This document shows positions 60,771-64,000 of a DNA stretch of 64,000 bases, piece after piece. How positions within the stretch are numbered: the first letter of the stretch is position 1; every line of letters starts with the position of its first letter. Below the pieces are notes generated by a model. It did not search any database and was not told the DNA's origin. It worked only from the letters and a program-made list of their open reading frames with translations. Source of the stretch: the human T2T-CHM13v2.0 reference genome, Homo sapiens; NCBI RefSeq assembly GCF_009914755.1, contig NC_060939.1. The stretch is one strand, 5' to 3'. Made by a program: the position numbers and the translations under genes.

Positions 60771-63700
60771 TAGCATGCAGGTCCAGTCTGCTTCATTTGT
60801 GTGCTACCTTGAGGCCAATCTGAAAACTTGGGTGGTATTCTATGTTATAGCCTGTCTGCACTCTGCCTGCCTGCTTCACACTGTCCCAGGAAGGGGAGGG
60901 GGCAAGGTGGAAGGTCAACAGCAGTGTCCTTACCCTATGACTTCTGTCCCCTAAACTGCACAGCTGTACCCCAGAACTGTCTTGCCATTCTTCCTGCAAT
61001 ATCTGGAGACTGCAAAGTCAGAAATTAGAAAAGGAAATCAGTCCCAGAGGTGCTATTTCAATCCTGTGAGCAGTTGATAAAACAAACTCCCCAAATCATT
61101 ACAAACGCAGGTGCCTGCAGTTTTTCTCCATCTGTACCTTCCTCCCAGAGCTGAAAACTCACACCTAGGTAATAAAGTATTTGTTTTACAAAGGAAAGAT
61201 CATCTGAGACTCTCATAATTATATTTTCTCACAGAGGAAACTGTTGCTGTAGGTAATCTTTAATCACCTCATCTTTTTGTTTTAGCTGTTGAATTTAGAA
61301 GTTAATTCCCCAATTGTTTCATATCAGACATCCAAAAATCTGCTGAATTTAAATCCTGTTATTCAAAAAGCTCAGTTTTCTTGACCTCCAGGCTGATTTA
61401 TCAGGAACCTGCCTGTTTCCACTGAGGAAATGCCTACAGCCTTCCGGCTGATACATCTCTTCTGATGACGTGAGTTCAGGAGTAGGCGCTCTGGGATCCC
61501 TTCCTCCCACTCACCTTCCTCATCCACTCACCTCTTTGGTTGTGGAAATTTGCTTTCGTTTCCTCTGTCCATCCCCCAGAATTCTCAAAAGGAATCACCT
61601 GAGGATTCGTGGTTATGCAGAAGGTTCCTGCTTCTGGCTTAGGTTCTATGAGACTATAGAGGATCTCACACCATCCAAACAATTAGAGAAAAAAAAGGTT
61701 ATGACAGGCAGACAACAGTAGAAAATATGTCCTTATTTGGTGCAGAATAAAATTAAGATAGTAACCTTTTTTAAAAAATCACCATTAAAATCTGTGATAA
61801 TCTCCAGCCATCCTTCAGCTTCTCTTTCATAACTAGAATTTTCCCCTTATATATGAAAGAAAGCAGAAGTGGCAGGACTTTAAAAAGAAAATCTCCTCAT
61901 TTTGGTGGGAATTTTCCAGTTGCTTCTTGATTCGACTCACTAACTTTGTCCACTTATTTACTTCTCATTAGATAAGATCAAATTCAAAAGAAGTGAGGAA
62001 AATTGATTAATAGCAAATCAAGCCAAATCACTGATTTTTGGGAAACAACCAGCCCATCCCAGTCCCTCATTTTTGGGACATAAATAACTCCTAAACTTTT
62101 TTGTATGGGCAAAACCTCTCATAAGCAACCTTGAAGTCCCCTTATAACTAATGTAAAACTGCAGAGTTTCCATCAATAAAAAAGTGAATTCCAGCACCAG
62201 GCTGGTAAAATGGATAATTTACCGTTGCAATGATTTAAAATATGTAATCAGATGGCCATGGATAAACCTGGCAGCTAAACCCTGGGAAACGTCCTGATTT
62301 CTAACTGTGGTCTTTTTGGGATTGTCTCCTGGGGCCATCGAGGCAAGACAAGGAGCCTGTTAACTGCCAGGGACCCGGATCATGGGGAAGCCCCTCGTTT
62401 GTCCTGGCCAGAACCCTGGTGGGAGGATTGCCCTGTCAGCCGCCTCCTGGGCAGACAGGCAGCACATGCTGGGAGAACGGACATGTGCATACTCACGTGT
62501 GGACACAGGAGCTGTGGGACCCTGGGCTGAGCAGAGCACCAGTGCTTGATGAAGGTGTCAAGGGTGAGTAGCTGAGCAGGCCAAGGTAGTCTGTTCAGTG
62601 AGCAAGTTGGGCACATGCATGCCAGCCCTAAAGGAGAACACTTGTTGAGAGGCCCCTGGAGGAGGCATGGTGCTGCATTGTGGTGGAAGTGAGGAAGGAG
62701 CTGAAACATCCACATGTGAACAGTTAGATAAAAATCAGAGGTTCATGTCATGGCTCAAAGCCTCTGTAAGCACCACAGAATGAGGAAAACTGCCACATTA
62801 ATTATACAGCCCAGGATCTGCCCCTGGAGCCCAGGAGTGGAAGAGTGGGCTTTTCTCCTGTGGAGGAGGTGTGTTTATAGGAGGGAAAGGTTCACAGCAG
62901 GAACGGGTCCTAGCCGGGGGTAATGGACCCCCAAAATCCTTGCCCTGGTGTCCTGATCACAGGCACTCTTGGAGGACAGGGGCCAATCTGTTCACCCCAA
63001 CCCTGGGCTGCAAAGCCAGGTGGCTCCCCCAGGGATTTGGGAGAGACTATGGCTACTGCAACTATCTCAGCATGTGCACAGCACGTGTTCCCACCTTCTT
63101 CTCCCCTCCCTGTTCCTCTGCCAGCCTTGTTTGTGCCCAGCATGCAGGCCCAAGGACGACTTGGTTTCTCATCTTTGAGCCTTCTGCTCTCACCTTCTGG
63201 CATTGTCCACTTCTGACCACCCTGGGCAACCCCCATGTCCCTCTGGCACGAGTCCCCTGTGGCAGCCCACACCCTCTAGTTCCTGTCGTTGACTTCGGAA
63301 GTGGCAGTAGAAACGGAGCCCAGCCCACAGCTGAGCCTCACTGTTTGGGAGTGCAGTCACAGCAACAGAGAAGAGAGAGGATGAGTGTGGGGCCTTCTCC
63401 TCCAGGGGCAATGCAACCACCCTCAACACGTGCCCAGCCAGTGTGAAGCCCCAGACGGATCCAGTCACAGCTTTTGTCCATGGGAGCTAGTCTGAGACCC
63501 AGGGTGCTTTAAAACAGTACAAGAAGCAGGGATGATGGATGCAGAATTAGGAGAGCCCAGTGGTCAAGAAAGAGAGCAGGAAAAAGCACAACGCAGGTGA
63601 CACCATGCTGGGTTGGATAGAGGACCCCTGAGCACCCATGGGCTAAGGGGTCAGAAAAGGATCAGACAGGCCGTGGGCTGCCCCATGGCACACAGGCATG

Positions 63701-63974
63701 CCCTGATAGTTGGTTCAACAGGAAGGGATTGGTGGGGAGTAAGGGATCGGGGCTTGGGGAACTGCCAATTTTCAGGTCTCTTTGGACCACCCCCGCTAGA
63801 GTGCCAGCCTCATGGGACACAGAGCCAAATGCCCTCAAGGAATTCGTCCTTCCTACCTGGCTTCTTTCTCAGGGGTAGTACCAACCCCTAGAAGCACAGG
63901 TGACTGGTACAAAATTCCCAGGCAGTCTGAACACTTCTGGAATATCCCCTAAGGATGCTCTCCAACAGGCTGAC

Positions 63975-64000
63975 TTTTTTTTTTTTTTTTTTTTTTTTTG
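63975..64000 (-). repeat. Poly(T), probably the tail of a reverse Alu continuing beyond the window
   Basis: T run followed by g at the window end. Confidence 0.6.

Overview
This is hominid (human-like) nuclear DNA, shown by an SVA retrotransposon, AluJ/S/Y elements and primate ERV LTRs. No intact protein-coding gene, RNA gene or CRISPR array can be supported; the ORF track is explained by repeats and chance ORFs in GC-rich DNA. Bases 1-28.7 kb are GC-rich unique sequence with MIR/L2/Alu elements, two minisatellites and a full-length SVA_D-type insertion with a TSD. Bases 28.7-38.4 kb and 42.2-55.8 kb are dense L1 blocks that host LTR elements. One is a near-complete ERVL provirus (MLT2 LTRs; gag/pro/RT/RNaseH/IN/dUTPase remnants) with three nested insertions. 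The most unusual items are: (1) a MaLR (MST-type) internal sequence joined at the primer-binding-site junction to an ERVL MLT2A LTR, an apparent inter-family recombinant; (2) an SVA whose VNTR has an exact 135-bp block duplicated at the SINE-R-proximal end; (3) several template-switch scars, including an exact 23-bp templated insertion and a fold-back inversion. There are also candidate promoter/enhancer clusters and isolated strong splice sites suggesting non-coding transcripts. Repeat subfamily names come from recalled consensus sequences and need RepeatMasker/Dfam confirmation. Boundaries without a TSD are approximate.
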